Assembly: GCA_045221475.1 (NCBI GenBank) | Contig: JBGUWV010000075.1 | Coordinates: 23,578 to 87,577, forward strand | DNA from: Fibrobacter sp. | GTDB taxonomy: Bacteria; Fibrobacterota; Fibrobacteria; Fibrobacterales; Fibrobacteraceae | DNA: 64,000 bases | Direction of reading: 5' to 3' | In this document: positions 9,011 to 19,020 of the stretch, in pieces | Layout: every line of letters begins with the position of its first letter | How positions within the stretch are numbered: the first letter of the stretch is position 1 | Notes under the pieces: model-generated | Told to the model about the DNA's origin: nothing | Databases searched by the model: none | The model's input: only the letters and a program-made list of their open reading frames with translations | Program-made: the position numbers and the translations under genes

Positions 9011-9709
9011 ATGCCGCGACCGCTCCGTATAGGATTTTTCCTAGATGGCTATACGCTCAAGAAGGTGAACGATTACTACCGCAACGTTCACCGGTTCCAT
9101 TCCTGTCTGGATTTCAGGAGCCTGAGGCTCTGGGTAGAGATGCAGGCGATCCGTTATTTCGAGGGGGACCGTTACCGCAAACTGGAAATGGAATCCCATT
9201 ACTACCACCCGTATCGCGATCCCCATGTATTCGCCCGGGATTGCGAGGGCGTGTTCAGGCTGGAGCAGACTCTTATGGAGTGCGGTTACAGTGTGCATTT
9301 CAACAACCCGGCTGAAACGAGTTGTGTAGGGCCCAACCTGTCGCTGATGGAAGATGCCTTGCTGATGGCCATGTACCGCAAACTGGATGCGGTGGTGCTT
9401 TTAAGTACCCAGGGCGAGTATGCGCCGCTTCCAGACAGGTTGAGACTCATGGGGGTTCCTACGCTGGTGCTGGGCTGGGATTTTGTTTACCCCAAGGCGA
9501 AGTACAAGGTCCGCTGGAAAACGGATTCTTGCCTGAGGCGCTCCTGTGCCCATTACGTGGCCATGGAAAAGATTGTGGATACGGATCCCAACGGGAATGC
9601 TCCCCGAGGTTTTTTCTTTCAGTGCGAACATCCTTTTGACAAAGGACGTAATCCTCGACCAAAGGTGGCGGTGGGGCGCGATCCTCAAGCGCCTCGCCGC
9701 CTAAACTAA
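9011..9709 (+). CDS. NYN/LabA (PIN-like) domain protein, degenerate
   Basis: IGFFLDG and DAVVLLSTQGEYAPL...LRLMGVPTLVLGW follow the NYN pattern; GGAGG RBS. Confidence 0.75.
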   Translation: MPRPLRIGFFLDGYTLKKVNDYYRNVHRFHSCLDFRSLRLWVEMQAIRYFEGDRYRKLEMESHYYHPYRDPHVFARDCEGVFRLEQTLMECGYSVHFNNPAETSCVGPNLSLMEDALLMAMYRKLDAVVLLSTQGEYAPLPDRLRLMGVPTLVLGWDFVYPKAKYKVRWKTDSCLRRSCAHYVAMEKIVDTDPNGNAPRGFFFQCEHPFDKGRNPRPKVAVGRDPQAPRRLN

Positions 9710-9740
9710 TGTGGTAGGAGCGGTCTCCGTGAACAACAAA

Positions 9741-9762
9741 GCCCCAGGCGTTAAGCTGGGGC
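9741..9762. terminator. Hairpin between convergent genes
   Basis: gccccag-gcgttaag-ctggggc, with an A-run on the left that would give the U-tail for the minus-strand gene. Confidence 0.55.
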
Positions 9763-9818
9763 GATTGTGAGAGCGAGCGCTCAGGGTACGTATTTAGTAC
9801 GATTGGGCACGAGCGGTC

Positions 9819-10760
9819 TTATAACTTGTCAGCCTGTTTCTTTTCCCATAGACTCAAGAAGTACCAGGTAGCGCGGATACCGAAGAAGTAGGTATCGCCG
9901 ACGTTGTCGGTGCCGTTTTCGACTGAACCGTACTGAATGGTGAAGCCTTCGACGTCGAGGTCGTTGTAGCGGATAAAGCGGTAACCCAGGTAGCCACCGA
10001 GAGCGAAACGGCCCAATTCGATGCGGAGTTCAAGTTCGGAATTGACTGTCGTAGCAAGCGTGCTGTAGAAACGGTCGCGGACGGTTTCTACATGTTCTTC
10101 GTTGTCTCTTTCGTAATGGTCGAAGTGAGAGGCGAAGTGGAAGTTGATCAGGTTGAAACCGAAACCGATAGAGGGAATCAGGTTAATGGGAGCGTTTTCA
10201 CCGAAGAGCTTCCAACCGAACATCCAGTCGGCGCCATAGGCGAACCATTCCACGTCGTACAGGGGGAAGCTTGTTTGCGAACTGCCTACGAGTTTCGAAC
10301 CCTTGGGTAAATTTTTTACCTCGCTAGGAGTGCTTACACTATAGTGGCATGTTTTGCATTCGGATACCTGGGAGGGCATAAAGTTGAAGTCAATCCAGGT
10401 CAAGAACTGCTTGTACTGGGCACCGACGTTCACATGCAGGCCCAGGTACCAGTCGTCGAACTTTTTATAGCCGCCGGTGCCATACGGATCACCCCAAGCG
10501 GTTGTTTTCAGAGTGTCTACAGCGCCGGTAGAATCCTGGATGGCGTAATCGACACGGTGGCCGAAGTTCTGGAATGCGACGTTGTTCACGTAGCGCTGGA
10601 ATTCCTTGCGCATGCCGCGGTAGTCGGCGCCAATCGAAATGAACCCGCGGACGTGGTCCTTTTCGTAAAATCCTTCTTCTTCGTCAGCGAAAGAGCTGGT
10701 GGCGAAGGTAAGCAAGCTGAGAGCGACAATGCTCAAAAAAGAGGCTATCTTTGTTTTCAT
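9819..10760 (-). CDS. Secreted hypothetical protein, probable outer-membrane beta-barrel
   Basis: Signal peptide MKTKIAS...SFA; alternating aromatic/Gly beta-strands; YFFGIRATWYF near the C-terminus. Confidence 0.6.
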   Translation of the reverse strand: MKTKIASFLSIVALSLLTFATSSFADEEEGFYEKDHVRGFISIGADYRGMRKEFQRYVNNVAFQNFGHRVDYAIQDSTGAVDTLKTTAWGDPYGTGGYKKFDDWYLGLHVNVGAQYKQFLTWIDFNFMPSQVSECKTCHYSVSTPSEVKNLPKGSKLVGSSQTSFPLYDVEWFAYGADWMFGWKLFGENAPINLIPSIGFGFNLINFHFASHFDHYERDNEEHVETVRDRFYSTLATTVNSELELRIELGRFALGGYLGYRFIRYNDLDVEGFTIQYGSVENGTDNVGDTYFFGIRATWYFLSLWEKKQADKL

Positions 10761-10877
10761 AAAAGATTCCGTTGCTAGTATACGGCATATAAAATACATT
10801 ATGTTTTGGGTTTTTGGCATAAAAAATTTCATAAGATGTTAAAAATCAACGATTTACGTACTTTTTCAGGACTTAGG

Positions 10878-12050
10878 ATGTTGAATTTTTGTGGAAAAAT
10901 GGTCGCCGGTGCCTCCTTGGGGCTTTTTCTGGCGTTTTCGGGGTTGGTATTGAGTTCCTGTGGGAATAACGGCGAACCTGAAAAGAAATTGGCCGATTGC
11001 GGGGAACTGCCGGCCTTGGAATACAGCAAGAACCTGAAGGTGGGGACGCTTTGTGGCGAGAAAGTCGCCGAGATCCGTTCTATTGTGGGCCGCGACACCT
11101 TGATAAAGCGCTTTAACTTGGGGAACGCCCCCCAAAGGGTGGTGGCCCTTTCTTCGGCGCAGATTGGCTATATGCTGCGTCTTGGCCTAGAAAGCCGCCT
11201 CGTGGGCGTGGGTGAGGGGAAGTATATCGCAGACAGTTCCCTGTATGCTCGGGTCGCCGCAGGCCAGGTAGCCGAGGTGGGGAGCGGTTCTACGATTTCT
11301 CTGGAAAAGCTGGTGGCGCTTCAGCCGGACTTGGTCTTGAGCTTTGCCACGGGTGGTGGACATGACGACTATGAACGGATCGAGGCCTTGAAGCTTCCGC
11401 TGATGCTTACGTCGGAATGGCAGGAAGACAGTCCCCTGGCCAAGGCGGAGTGGATTAAGTTGTACGGAACAATGTTTGGCGTAGAAGCCTTGGCAGATTC
11501 GATTTTTGAACAAAGTAAGAAAGACTATTTGGACGTCAGAGATGGATTGCTTCGTCACTCTGTTCCTCGCAATGACGTTGCTGATTCAACGCCGAATCAA
11601 CCCTGTCCCCGTGTGTTAGTGGGCATGAGCTACGGCGGTGTGTGGTATGCTCCGGGCGGGAACAGTTTTACGGCTCGCCTCATCAAGGATGCTGGTGGCT
11701 GCTACTTGTGGGCGGCGGATACCAATCGGGAACTCCAGTTTTCGCTGGAAGAAATCATGAAGGTGGCCGACAGTGCCGATGTGTGGGTGAATCCTGGAAT
11801 GTTCGGATCCCCGGAGGAATTGCTGGCCGCGGAACCTCGTATCAAGTACATCAAGGCCTTCAAGGATAAGCTGGTATGCCAGAATGACGGGCGCAAGGGC
11901 CCCGGTGGCGGTAACGATTTTTACGAATCTGCAGTGGCGTATCCTGCCGAAATGCTTCAAAATCTGAAGGGGTGTATACAGAAGTCAACAAATGGGGCTG
12001 ATTCTGGCCGAAAGGGTTTTGATTGGTACCATAATATTTTTATCTTTTAG
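10878..12050 (+). CDS. Helical-backbone ABC substrate-binding lipoprotein (BtuF/iron-siderophore type)
   Basis: Lipobox LSSC; PQRVVALSS, EKLVALQPDLVL, PLAKAEWIK, DFYESAV. Start may be 10899. Confidence 0.85.
   Translation: MLNFCGKMVAGASLGLFLAFSGLVLSSCGNNGEPEKKLADCGELPALEYSKNLKVGTLCGEKVAEIRSIVGRDTLIKRFNLGNAPQRVVALSSAQIGYMLRLGLESRLVGVGEGKYIADSSLYARVAAGQVAEVGSGSTISLEKLVALQPDLVLSFATGGGHDDYERIEALKLPLMLTSEWQEDSPLAKAEWIKLYGTMFGVEALADSIFEQSKKDYLDVRDGLLRHSVPRNDVADSTPNQPCPRVLVGMSYGGVWYAPGGNSFTARLIKDAGGCYLWAADTNRELQFSLEEIMKVADSADVWVNPGMFGSPEELLAAEPRIKYIKAFKDKLVCQNDGRKGPGGGNDFYESAVAYPAEMLQNLKGCIQKSTNGADSGRKGFDWYHNIFIF
11544..11578 (+). repeat. REP-like element inside the substrate-binding protein coding sequence
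   Basis: ggattgcttcg-tcactctgttc-ctcgcaatgacgt shares both ends with the copy at 34904-34933. Confidence 0.7.
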
Positions 12051-12053
12051 CCC

Positions 12054-12851
12054 ATGAAAACTCATACAGGTATTGGTGACTGGATTGCAGCCAACTATGA
12101 ACTTGGGACGCCTTTTTTGCAGCAGGTGCCCAGGGACTGTGCCGATTATTTGCTTTTGAATGCCCAGATTCGCGAATATGATTCGGGCGAAATCATTATT
12201 AATGGCGGGTCTATTGGCGATTCTTTCTGCGTGTTGCAGAGCGGTCGCGCTTTTATTTGTGGTGAACTTTTGGCTGACGGCCATTACAATACTCTCGCGA
12301 CGTTGGAGGCGGGTACTTGTTTTGGCGAAATGTCCATTATCTGTAATGAGCCCACTAGCAATACCGTTGTTGCAGGTGAAGATGGTGCCACGGTGCTCCA
12401 TATTCCCAGCGACGAGTTCGTGAAGTTCCTGGACAAGAACCCGAACATCATGGTGTACCTTTACAAGGTGGTGGCAGACCGCCTGCGCGCCAAGAACAAG
12501 GCTTTCGACGAATTCGAAAGACTTTCGCTCCTTGCATCCGCAAAGGTACTCCCCTTTATCGATTTTGCGCAGACTATGGAAAAGAGCCGCGTTACGGGAA
12601 CGGTCATGTTCGAATGTAACGGTGAAAAGGGCTTTATCGCTTTCCAGGATGGCCGTATCTGCTGTGCCAAGTGTGGCAAACTGGCAGGCCCAGACGCATT
12701 GGAAAAAATGCTTTCTTGGGGTGACGAGACGCTGTTCAAGCTGGATACCCACTTGATGCCGGATATCGTGAACATCAACCAGATGTCCGATACCACCAGC
12801 CTCATTCTGGATGCGCTCAGAAATATTGATGAAAAACAAAATGCCCGTTAA
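12054..12851 (+). CDS. Cyclic nucleotide-binding domain plus DUF4388 (PATAN-like) protein
   Basis: GEIII..G..GDSFCVLQSG, CFGEMS, then QTMEKSRVTG...GFIAFQDGRI. Confidence 0.8.
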   Translation: MKTHTGIGDWIAANYELGTPFLQQVPRDCADYLLLNAQIREYDSGEIIINGGSIGDSFCVLQSGRAFICGELLADGHYNTLATLEAGTCFGEMSIICNEPTSNTVVAGEDGATVLHIPSDEFVKFLDKNPNIMVYLYKVVADRLRAKNKAFDEFERLSLLASAKVLPFIDFAQTMEKSRVTGTVMFECNGEKGFIAFQDGRICCAKCGKLAGPDALEKMLSWGDETLFKLDTHLMPDIVNINQMSDTTSLILDALRNIDEKQNAR

Positions 12852-12890
12852 GGGCTAACACATGCCCGGAACTTGGGCAAAGGAAAAAAG

Positions 12891-13916
12891 ATGAATTACG
12901 CAGACGCAGGAGTGTCCTTGGCACGTGCCGACGAAGCTATGGTCGGTGTCAAGAAATCCGTACGTACTACATTCAACCAGGGCGTTTTGGGCGACGTGGG
13001 TAACTTCGGTGGCCTCTTTACGCTGAACCACCTCGGCATGAAGGATCCGGTCCTCGTGAGTTCCGTGGATGGCGTGGGCACCAAGCTCAAGGTCGACATC
13101 GAAATGGGCACCCATGAACTTCCGGGTCAGGACATCGTGAACCACTGCTGCGACGACATTCTGGTGCAGGGTGCACGTCCGCTGTTCTTCTTGGACTACG
13201 TGGCTACGGGCCGCTTGGAACCGGGTGTCATGGACAAGCTGGTTGCCGGTATGGCCAAGGCCTGCCGCGAAAACGATCTCGTTCTGATTGGCGGTGAAAC
13301 TGCTGAAATGCCGGGCTTCTACGGTCCGGGCGACTACGACATTTCCGGTACTATCGTGGGTGTCGTGGAACGTGAAAACATCATTGACGGCAAGAAGATC
13401 AAGCCGGGTACCATTATCCTTGGCCTGCCTTCTACGGGTCTCCACACCAACGGTTACTCTCTCGCCCGTAAGGTGTTGTTCGACGTGGCCGGCTACAAGG
13501 TTGACACTGTGGTCGACGGTATGGACAAGTCCATCGGCGAAGCTCTCGCCACACCGCACCGCAGCTACTACCCGAGCCTCATTGATCTTTGCAACAAGAA
13601 GATTATCCAGGGCCTCGCTCACATTACCGGTTCTGGCTACCAGGGCAACATTCCGCGAATCCTCCCGGATAACGTGGACGTGATTATCGACCGCACCACT
13701 TGGGATCCTCCGATGATCTTCAAGCTGATCCAGCAGGCCGGCTCTGTCGAAAAGGACGAAATGTACTCTACCTTCAACATGGGTATGGGCATGCTCATCT
13801 TCATCGACCCGGCAGACAAGGCTGAAGTCACCGCTCACCTCGAAGCCAAGGGCGAAAAGTGGGTGCAGATCGGTGAAGTCGTCGCTGGCTCCAAGCAGGT
13901 GAAGTTCCGCGACTAA
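12891..13916 (+). CDS. purM: Phosphoribosylformylglycinamidine cyclo-ligase (AIR synthase)
   Basis: MNYADAGV, DGVGTK, GGETAEMPG, GLHTNGYSL, HITG, TFNMGMG. Confidence 0.97.
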   Translation: MNYADAGVSLARADEAMVGVKKSVRTTFNQGVLGDVGNFGGLFTLNHLGMKDPVLVSSVDGVGTKLKVDIEMGTHELPGQDIVNHCCDDILVQGARPLFFLDYVATGRLEPGVMDKLVAGMAKACRENDLVLIGGETAEMPGFYGPGDYDISGTIVGVVERENIIDGKKIKPGTIILGLPSTGLHTNGYSLARKVLFDVAGYKVDTVVDGMDKSIGEALATPHRSYYPSLIDLCNKKIIQGLAHITGSGYQGNIPRILPDNVDVIIDRTTWDPPMIFKLIQQAGSVEKDEMYSTFNMGMGMLIFIDPADKAEVTAHLEAKGEKWVQIGEVVAGSKQVKFRD

Positions 13917-13940
13917 TCCTCTTCTTGCAACAAGGGATTT

Positions 13941-13972
13941 AAAAAGGCTTGCACTAGGTGCAAGCTTTTTTT
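13941..13972 (+). terminator. Intrinsic terminator after purM
   Basis: aaaaaggcttgcac-tag-gtgcaagcttttttt. Confidence 0.8.
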
Positions 13973-14008
13973 ATCGGCAAGGACTTTGCTTTTCTATCTT
14001 TGCGGTCG

Positions 14009-14932
14009 ATGATTCCTGCACGCAACAGTCTCGCTTTTTGGCACTTACTTGCCATTATCACTATCACCTTTTGGGGCACGAGTTTCGTGAGTACGAAGGT
14101 GCTCTTGAATCATGGCTTTTCGGCGGTGCAGATTTTCTCGTTGCGCTTTGCGATTACCTACTTGATCCTTTTAGCGGCGAGTCACAAGCAATTCCGCAGC
14201 AGGAACTGGAAGCATGAACTGATTCTGTTTATCAGCGGCATCACCGGATGCACGCTCTACTTTTGGACCGAGAATACGGCGCTTTCGTTTTCGCCGTCGA
14301 GTAACGTGGCGCTCATTATTTGCGCGAATCCTCTGCTTATCCTGATTCTTGGGGGAATTATCTATAAGAGCGAGCGTCTTGGCAAGCGACAGATTCTAGG
14401 GTGCCTCGTTACCTTTGTTGGTATGGTGCTGGTGGTACTGAACGGCAAGTTCGTCTTGAAGCTTTCTCCCGTGGGTGATTTGCTCGCCTGCAGCGCCGGC
14501 GTCATGTGGGCGATCTATTCGCTGGTCGTGAAGCAGTTGAATGGCAAGTACAATTCGCTGTTCATTACGCGCAAGATGTTTTTCTACGGGACGCTGATGT
14601 CTATTCCCGCCTTGTTTATCGAGGCGCGTGGCGATGTGTCGAAAGTGCTTGATATTCCGTGGCAGAACTTTACGGAGCCGGTAGTCGCTTTTAACTTTTT
14701 GTGCCTTACGGTATTTTGTTCGCTGTTTGGCTATCTTATCTGGAACAATGTGCTGAAGCAGCTCGGTACGGTACTGGCGAGCAACTATGGCTATGTGGCG
14801 CCTTTGATTACCATGATTACGGCTGCGATTGCCCTTGGGGAACGCATTACGCCCATTGCGATTGCAGGTGCTGCTGCCATTATTGTAGGAATGCTTTTGG
14901 CGGAATTTAAATCTCGGCAAAGCGGTCGGTAA
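14009..14932 (+). CDS. DMT/EamA family transporter
   Basis: FWGTSFVSTK, about 10 TM helices, two EamA repeats, LGERIT. Confidence 0.9.
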   Translation: MIPARNSLAFWHLLAIITITFWGTSFVSTKVLLNHGFSAVQIFSLRFAITYLILLAASHKQFRSRNWKHELILFISGITGCTLYFWTENTALSFSPSSNVALIICANPLLILILGGIIYKSERLGKRQILGCLVTFVGMVLVVLNGKFVLKLSPVGDLLACSAGVMWAIYSLVVKQLNGKYNSLFITRKMFFYGTLMSIPALFIEARGDVSKVLDIPWQNFTEPVVAFNFLCLTVFCSLFGYLIWNNVLKQLGTVLASNYGYVAPLITMITAAIALGERITPIAIAGAAAIIVGMLLAEFKSRQSGR

Positions 14933-15146
14933 CTGTACCGTCGGCAAGCGTCACCTTGCTTTCAAAGTCTTCGCGATCGCGCACCCATAAGGTTCCCTTC
15001 GGGTGGTCGGGCGTCTCGTATTCGCTGCGGTAAACCACGAGCGGTTTGACCGATTCACAGTCGAGAGCATCGGCGGTAACGACGGTGTAAATCATTGTTT
15101 CTTTTTTGTAGTGGCGATACTTGTGACCGGCAATTGCTTTCGACAT
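14907..15146 (-). CDS. DUF1653 family protein
   Basis: KYRHYK...VVYRSEY...LWVR...F. Confidence 0.8.
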   Translation of the reverse strand: MSKAIAGHKYRHYKKETMIYTVVTADALDCESVKPLVVYRSEYETPDHPKGTLWVRDREDFESKVTLADGTVTDRFAEI

Positions 15147-15147
15147 A

Positions 15148-16017
15148 TTATTTCTCAAGGAATTCGAGCAGCTTGGGCATGAGTGAGGTTGCGTCTTTTA
15201 CGCCCATGTCGTAAAGATTCACCAGTTTAGACTTGTCTTTTTCGAAGCATGAAATCTTGAATTGAGCGCTTGGGCGAATCATGAATGCGGAACCTTGAGC
15301 GACACGTTCTTCTAGCGTGCGCCGGCACTGATTGTAGCGAATGTGGCGGGTTCTTGCTGCTTCAATAAATTTCGGATACTTGTGGTAGATAATCTTGAAC
15401 AGGGGAATCATGGAGTTCGGCTTCTTGACAAAGCCTTCGGGTTGCGTCACGATGACGACCTGCTTTTGATAGCCCATGTTCGCGAAAAACTGAAACGGAA
15501 TGCTGTCGCCGACGCCACCGTCCAGAAGCTTCATGCCGTCGATGTCTACGATATGGCTCAAGAGTGGGAGAGACGCCGAGGCGCGAATCCTGTCCATGTC
15601 TTCGGGCTTGTCCAAATCGCGGGTGAGCAAATATTCGGGGCCGCCTGTTTTCAAATTCGTGGCGACCGCATAGAATTTTGTTTCGGCTGTATTCTCGCGG
15701 AACTTTTCAAAATCGAACGGATCGACTACGCGCGGGATTTGATTGTAGCAATAGTCCAGCGCGAAAAAATCACCTGTGCGAATCAGGTTGCTCCAACTCA
15801 TGTAGCGCTTGCTTGCCGAATGAATGGTGTCGAGGCGTTTGATCCTTTCACGCTGTTCCGACAAATAGCTGCAAAGGTGCGTCGCGCCCGCCGAGGTTCC
15901 GGCACATGCGCCGAACTTGATTCCGTTATCTAAAAATACATCCAGTACACCGGCCGAATACGCTCCGCGCATTCCGCCGCCTTCGACGGCGAGCGCAATG
16001 TCCTTGTACATTGCCAT
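15148..16017 (-). CDS. Patatin-like phospholipase family protein
   Basis: EGGGMRGAYSAG, GTSAG, DGG; coupled to the NUDIX gene by TAATG. Confidence 0.92.
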   Translation of the reverse strand: MAMYKDIALAVEGGGMRGAYSAGVLDVFLDNGIKFGACAGTSAGATHLCSYLSEQRERIKRLDTIHSASKRYMSWSNLIRTGDFFALDYCYNQIPRVVDPFDFEKFRENTAETKFYAVATNLKTGGPEYLLTRDLDKPEDMDRIRASASLPLLSHIVDIDGMKLLDGGVGDSIPFQFFANMGYQKQVVIVTQPEGFVKKPNSMIPLFKIIYHKYPKFIEAARTRHIRYNQCRRTLEERVAQGSAFMIRPSAQFKISCFEKDKSKLVNLYDMGVKDATSLMPKLLEFLEK

Positions 16018-16550
16018 TAGGCATTCTCCATGAGCCACTGGAAATCTTTTGGATGTTCCACGAATTTTTCGGGATGAATTTTATGCTTTGCGAAAAATTC
16101 TTCGCGGGTCATCCATACGAATCCGTCGACTTCGCCGGGTTGCGGTACCAGCGATTTTGCTTCTTCGTCGCTGAAGTAAACTTTATAGGTGTCGTAGTAT
16201 TCGTTGTCGATGTAGGTGCCGCCGTTAAGTACGGTTGCGTACTTGACCTCGAATAAATATTCGAGGTCGCGCGGACTCTTGTGTATACCCAGTTCTTCGC
16301 GCAGTTCGCGCACGGCGGCGTTAATGCTGCTGTCGCCTGCAGAAATATGCCCTGCACAGCTCGTGTCCAAGAGACCGGGGTTGTTTTCCTTTACGCGGCT
16401 ACGCAGCTGGAACAGAATTTTTCCTTCGGGATTGAACGCCCATACATGAATGGTGCGGTGCCAAAGGCCTTCGGCGTGAACTTTGGTGCGTCCGCAAGCG
16501 TAGCCTGCAGGCGTTCCGTCGGCATTCAAGACGTCAATTTGTTCTTCCAT
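16017..16550 (-). CDS. NUDIX hydrolase (IDI-like)
   Basis: VHAEGLWHRT, AGHISAGDSSINAAVRELREELG. Confidence 0.9.
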   Translation of the reverse strand: MEEQIDVLNADGTPAGYACGRTKVHAEGLWHRTIHVWAFNPEGKILFQLRSRVKENNPGLLDTSCAGHISAGDSSINAAVRELREELGIHKSPRDLEYLFEVKYATVLNGGTYIDNEYYDTYKVYFSDEEAKSLVPQPGEVDGFVWMTREEFFAKHKIHPEKFVEHPKDFQWLMENA

Positions 16551-19020
16551 GGGACATCCGTTCTTTTAGTTCATTGACAACCAGCCTGTATTCACGTATC
16601 AGGTCTTCGTGCCTGACTCGAATATAGTCGTAGTCGCCTTCGCTGCAAGCAAATTCCATCAACTTTGCGATGCTTGCAATGTTTATCGCACCGATAAACA
16701 GCGAGGCACTCTTTAGCGCCTGTACCGTTAGGCGGTAGCTTTCAAAGTCTTCTTCCTTGAACTGTTTGCTTAAGACAACGTCGAATTCCTTGTCGACATA
16801 AGTCATGATTTTTTTGCGGTAGAGAGCTTCGTTTCTTTCGCAACAGTAAAGGCCTACCGAAGTGTCCAGGAGGTCGTCCGGTAAATGTTCGGTAGTCTTT
16901 TTCGGTTCTACCTTTTTTACGGGCTTTTCTTCTGTTGTCTCAACGACGGTTTCTTCTTTTTTAGGTAATTCGTCGTATTGGTTTACCAGTTCTTTAGGCA
17001 GGTATTTTAATAGGATTGCGAACAGGGCATCTTCATGTACGGGTTTTGTCAAGAAATCAGCGAAGCCCATGGTCTCGCAGATTGTTTTTGCCGAGGCGTT
17101 GTCGTCTGCCGTAAGCATTACGATGGGGGTCTGCTTGTTGGGATGATCGTCCAGTGTCTTCATGATGGTGAGAATGTTCAAACCATCGATAATCGGCATC
17201 GTATGATCCAGGAAGATAATGTCGTAGTGATTGCGCCTGAAGTTTTCGATGGCTTCCATGCCATTCGATACAGGATCGAAGCGGGCGAAAGTCTCCTTCA
17301 TAAGTCCGCTCATCACTCGCAAATTCATGGGCACATCGTCAATGGCAAGGATCGAGGCGTTGGGCGCATAGAAATGAATGGACTTGTTTTCGGAGGCCTG
17401 AACAAACTCGTTGTAGCGCGTCTTGAAGTCTCCCATCAGTTCGTTCTTTACCACCTTTTGGGGGATGGTAATTTCGACTACTGGCAGGTCATCGGCAATG
17501 AGACGGTTTTTGATTTCGCCGCCCAAGGCAACGACAAGCATTTTCACTAGGGAAAGGGAGGGGCCTGTCCAACTGACACCTGCATCGGGAATGTCGATGG
17601 TCAAATTGATTTTTTGGATGGTAACGGCTTCATTCTCGTTTTCAATCCAGTGGTAGCCAATTTGGATAATATTGGCCCCGTTTACCACAAGGTGTTCGGC
17701 ATTGAACAAAATGTTGCTTATAATCTGCTGCAGGCGGGATTCGTCACCTTCAAGGTGTGTCGGAACTGAGGAATCCACTAGAAGTTCGAATTCTGCGGTT
17801 TTCTTGCGATGGCGTGCGGCATTGAGGCTGTCGCAAAGGACTCCAAACAGGTCGTATTCCTTGATGGTCACGTCGAGGCTGTTGGTGCGGATCTTGTTCA
17901 TGTCCAAGATGTCGTTGGACAGCAAAAGCAATTGTTGGCCGGAGGTCCGCATGTCGGCGATATATTCCTTGAGCGAAGGATCTGTAGATTCCCTTAGCAC
18001 AATGGCGCCCATATTCAAAACGTTCATTGCGGGTTCGCGAATGTCTTGGCCTACTGATTCCATCATGCGTAAACGTTCCAGCTCGTCACTGGCCAAATGG
18101 CTCTTTAATTTGTATTCGCGGTGCTTGCGGGTCAAGAAGAAGCGGATGCCAAGCCCAGTCAAGAATAAAAGCATTAGGAGTCCCACGACCCAGAATACCA
18201 AAAAAGACAAACGGTCCAGGCCATCGGAGACTTCTTCGGCGGCGACCATTCCGGCAAGCATAAAGTCGTTATGCTTCAGTTTGGCCATGTAGAAATAATA
18301 GGTTTCGTCACCGATAACAACGTTTCTTGATGTTGCAAGGCCGCGATCCAGATCTTGACGGAGCTTTATGTAGATTTTGTCGATGTCGGTGTTTTCCCAG
18401 ATGGAATCTTTGCGCCAGTCACCGGTGTTGTTCTGGATTAAAACTCTGCCGTCATTGTCAATAATCTGGGCGAAGCATTTTCTGTCAAAGCAGTCTACAT
18501 CAAAGAAATCGTTGATTGGAATCTTGTTGTATTGCAGGTACAGTACAAAACGGACGTTGAGGCGGTTGTAGACGGGGACACCCAGCATGATTCCCATTGT
18601 TTCGCTGTAACAAATGGATTGCTTGCCACGGAAGGATTCCATGATGCAACGGTAATTTTCATCGGGTAGGATAAAGGTTGTGTCGCCCGTGTGGACGGTT
18701 CCGTCTAAAGAGATGAGACCGTAACTGTTATTCTCGCCTTTCAAATCCGAAAGAGCTAAGAAATCTTCGATGCGTGAACCGTCCGCTTCAATCTTGCGGG
18801 AAATCAACGAAAGGGTGTTCAGGCGCATGTGCATTTTTTCATTTGCGAGGTCGGCGATCAATACGGCCTGCTGAGAAACTTGCTTGGAAACATAAACGTT
18901 CAGCAGGGTATCGAGCTTTACTCGGAGCAGTACGCAAACAAGGCACAGCACGAATATGATGGCGGCGAGCCATACCACCATCTTGATGTTGATTTTTGGA
19001 CTTCTAGGGTTTAATTCCAT
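16534..19020 (-). CDS. Hybrid sensor kinase-like protein (Cache-type sensor, degenerate HisKA/HATPase, REC, degenerate HPt)
   Basis: Two TM helices; H-box GQDIREP; REC IDD/FLDHTMP/TKP; HPt-like TVQALKSAS. Confidence 0.85.
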   Translation of the reverse strand: MELNPRSPKINIKMVVWLAAIIFVLCLVCVLLRVKLDTLLNVYVSKQVSQQAVLIADLANEKMHMRLNTLSLISRKIEADGSRIEDFLALSDLKGENNSYGLISLDGTVHTGDTTFILPDENYRCIMESFRGKQSICYSETMGIMLGVPVYNRLNVRFVLYLQYNKIPINDFFDVDCFDRKCFAQIIDNDGRVLIQNNTGDWRKDSIWENTDIDKIYIKLRQDLDRGLATSRNVVIGDETYYFYMAKLKHNDFMLAGMVAAEEVSDGLDRLSFLVFWVVGLLMLLFLTGLGIRFFLTRKHREYKLKSHLASDELERLRMMESVGQDIREPAMNVLNMGAIVLRESTDPSLKEYIADMRTSGQQLLLLSNDILDMNKIRTNSLDVTIKEYDLFGVLCDSLNAARHRKKTAEFELLVDSSVPTHLEGDESRLQQIISNILFNAEHLVVNGANIIQIGYHWIENENEAVTIQKINLTIDIPDAGVSWTGPSLSLVKMLVVALGGEIKNRLIADDLPVVEITIPQKVVKNELMGDFKTRYNEFVQASENKSIHFYAPNASILAIDDVPMNLRVMSGLMKETFARFDPVSNGMEAIENFRRNHYDIIFLDHTMPIIDGLNILTIMKTLDDHPNKQTPIVMLTADDNASAKTICETMGFADFLTKPVHEDALFAILLKYLPKELVNQYDELPKKEETVVETTEEKPVKKVEPKKTTEHLPDDLLDTSVGLYCCERNEALYRKKIMTYVDKEFDVVLSKQFKEEDFESYRLTVQALKSASLFIGAINIASIAKLMEFACSEGDYDYIRVRHEDLIREYRLVVNELKERMSHGRTN

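Noticed and set aside
8949-9729. 9-bp direct repeat cggtctccg flanking the NYN gene, a possible target-site duplication
   Set aside because: Short and without terminal inverted repeats or a transposase, so compatible with chance.
10761-10877. Cobalamin riboswitch upstream of the BtuF-like gene
   Set aside because: The gap is short and AT-rich with no B12-box, so the ligand remains unknown.
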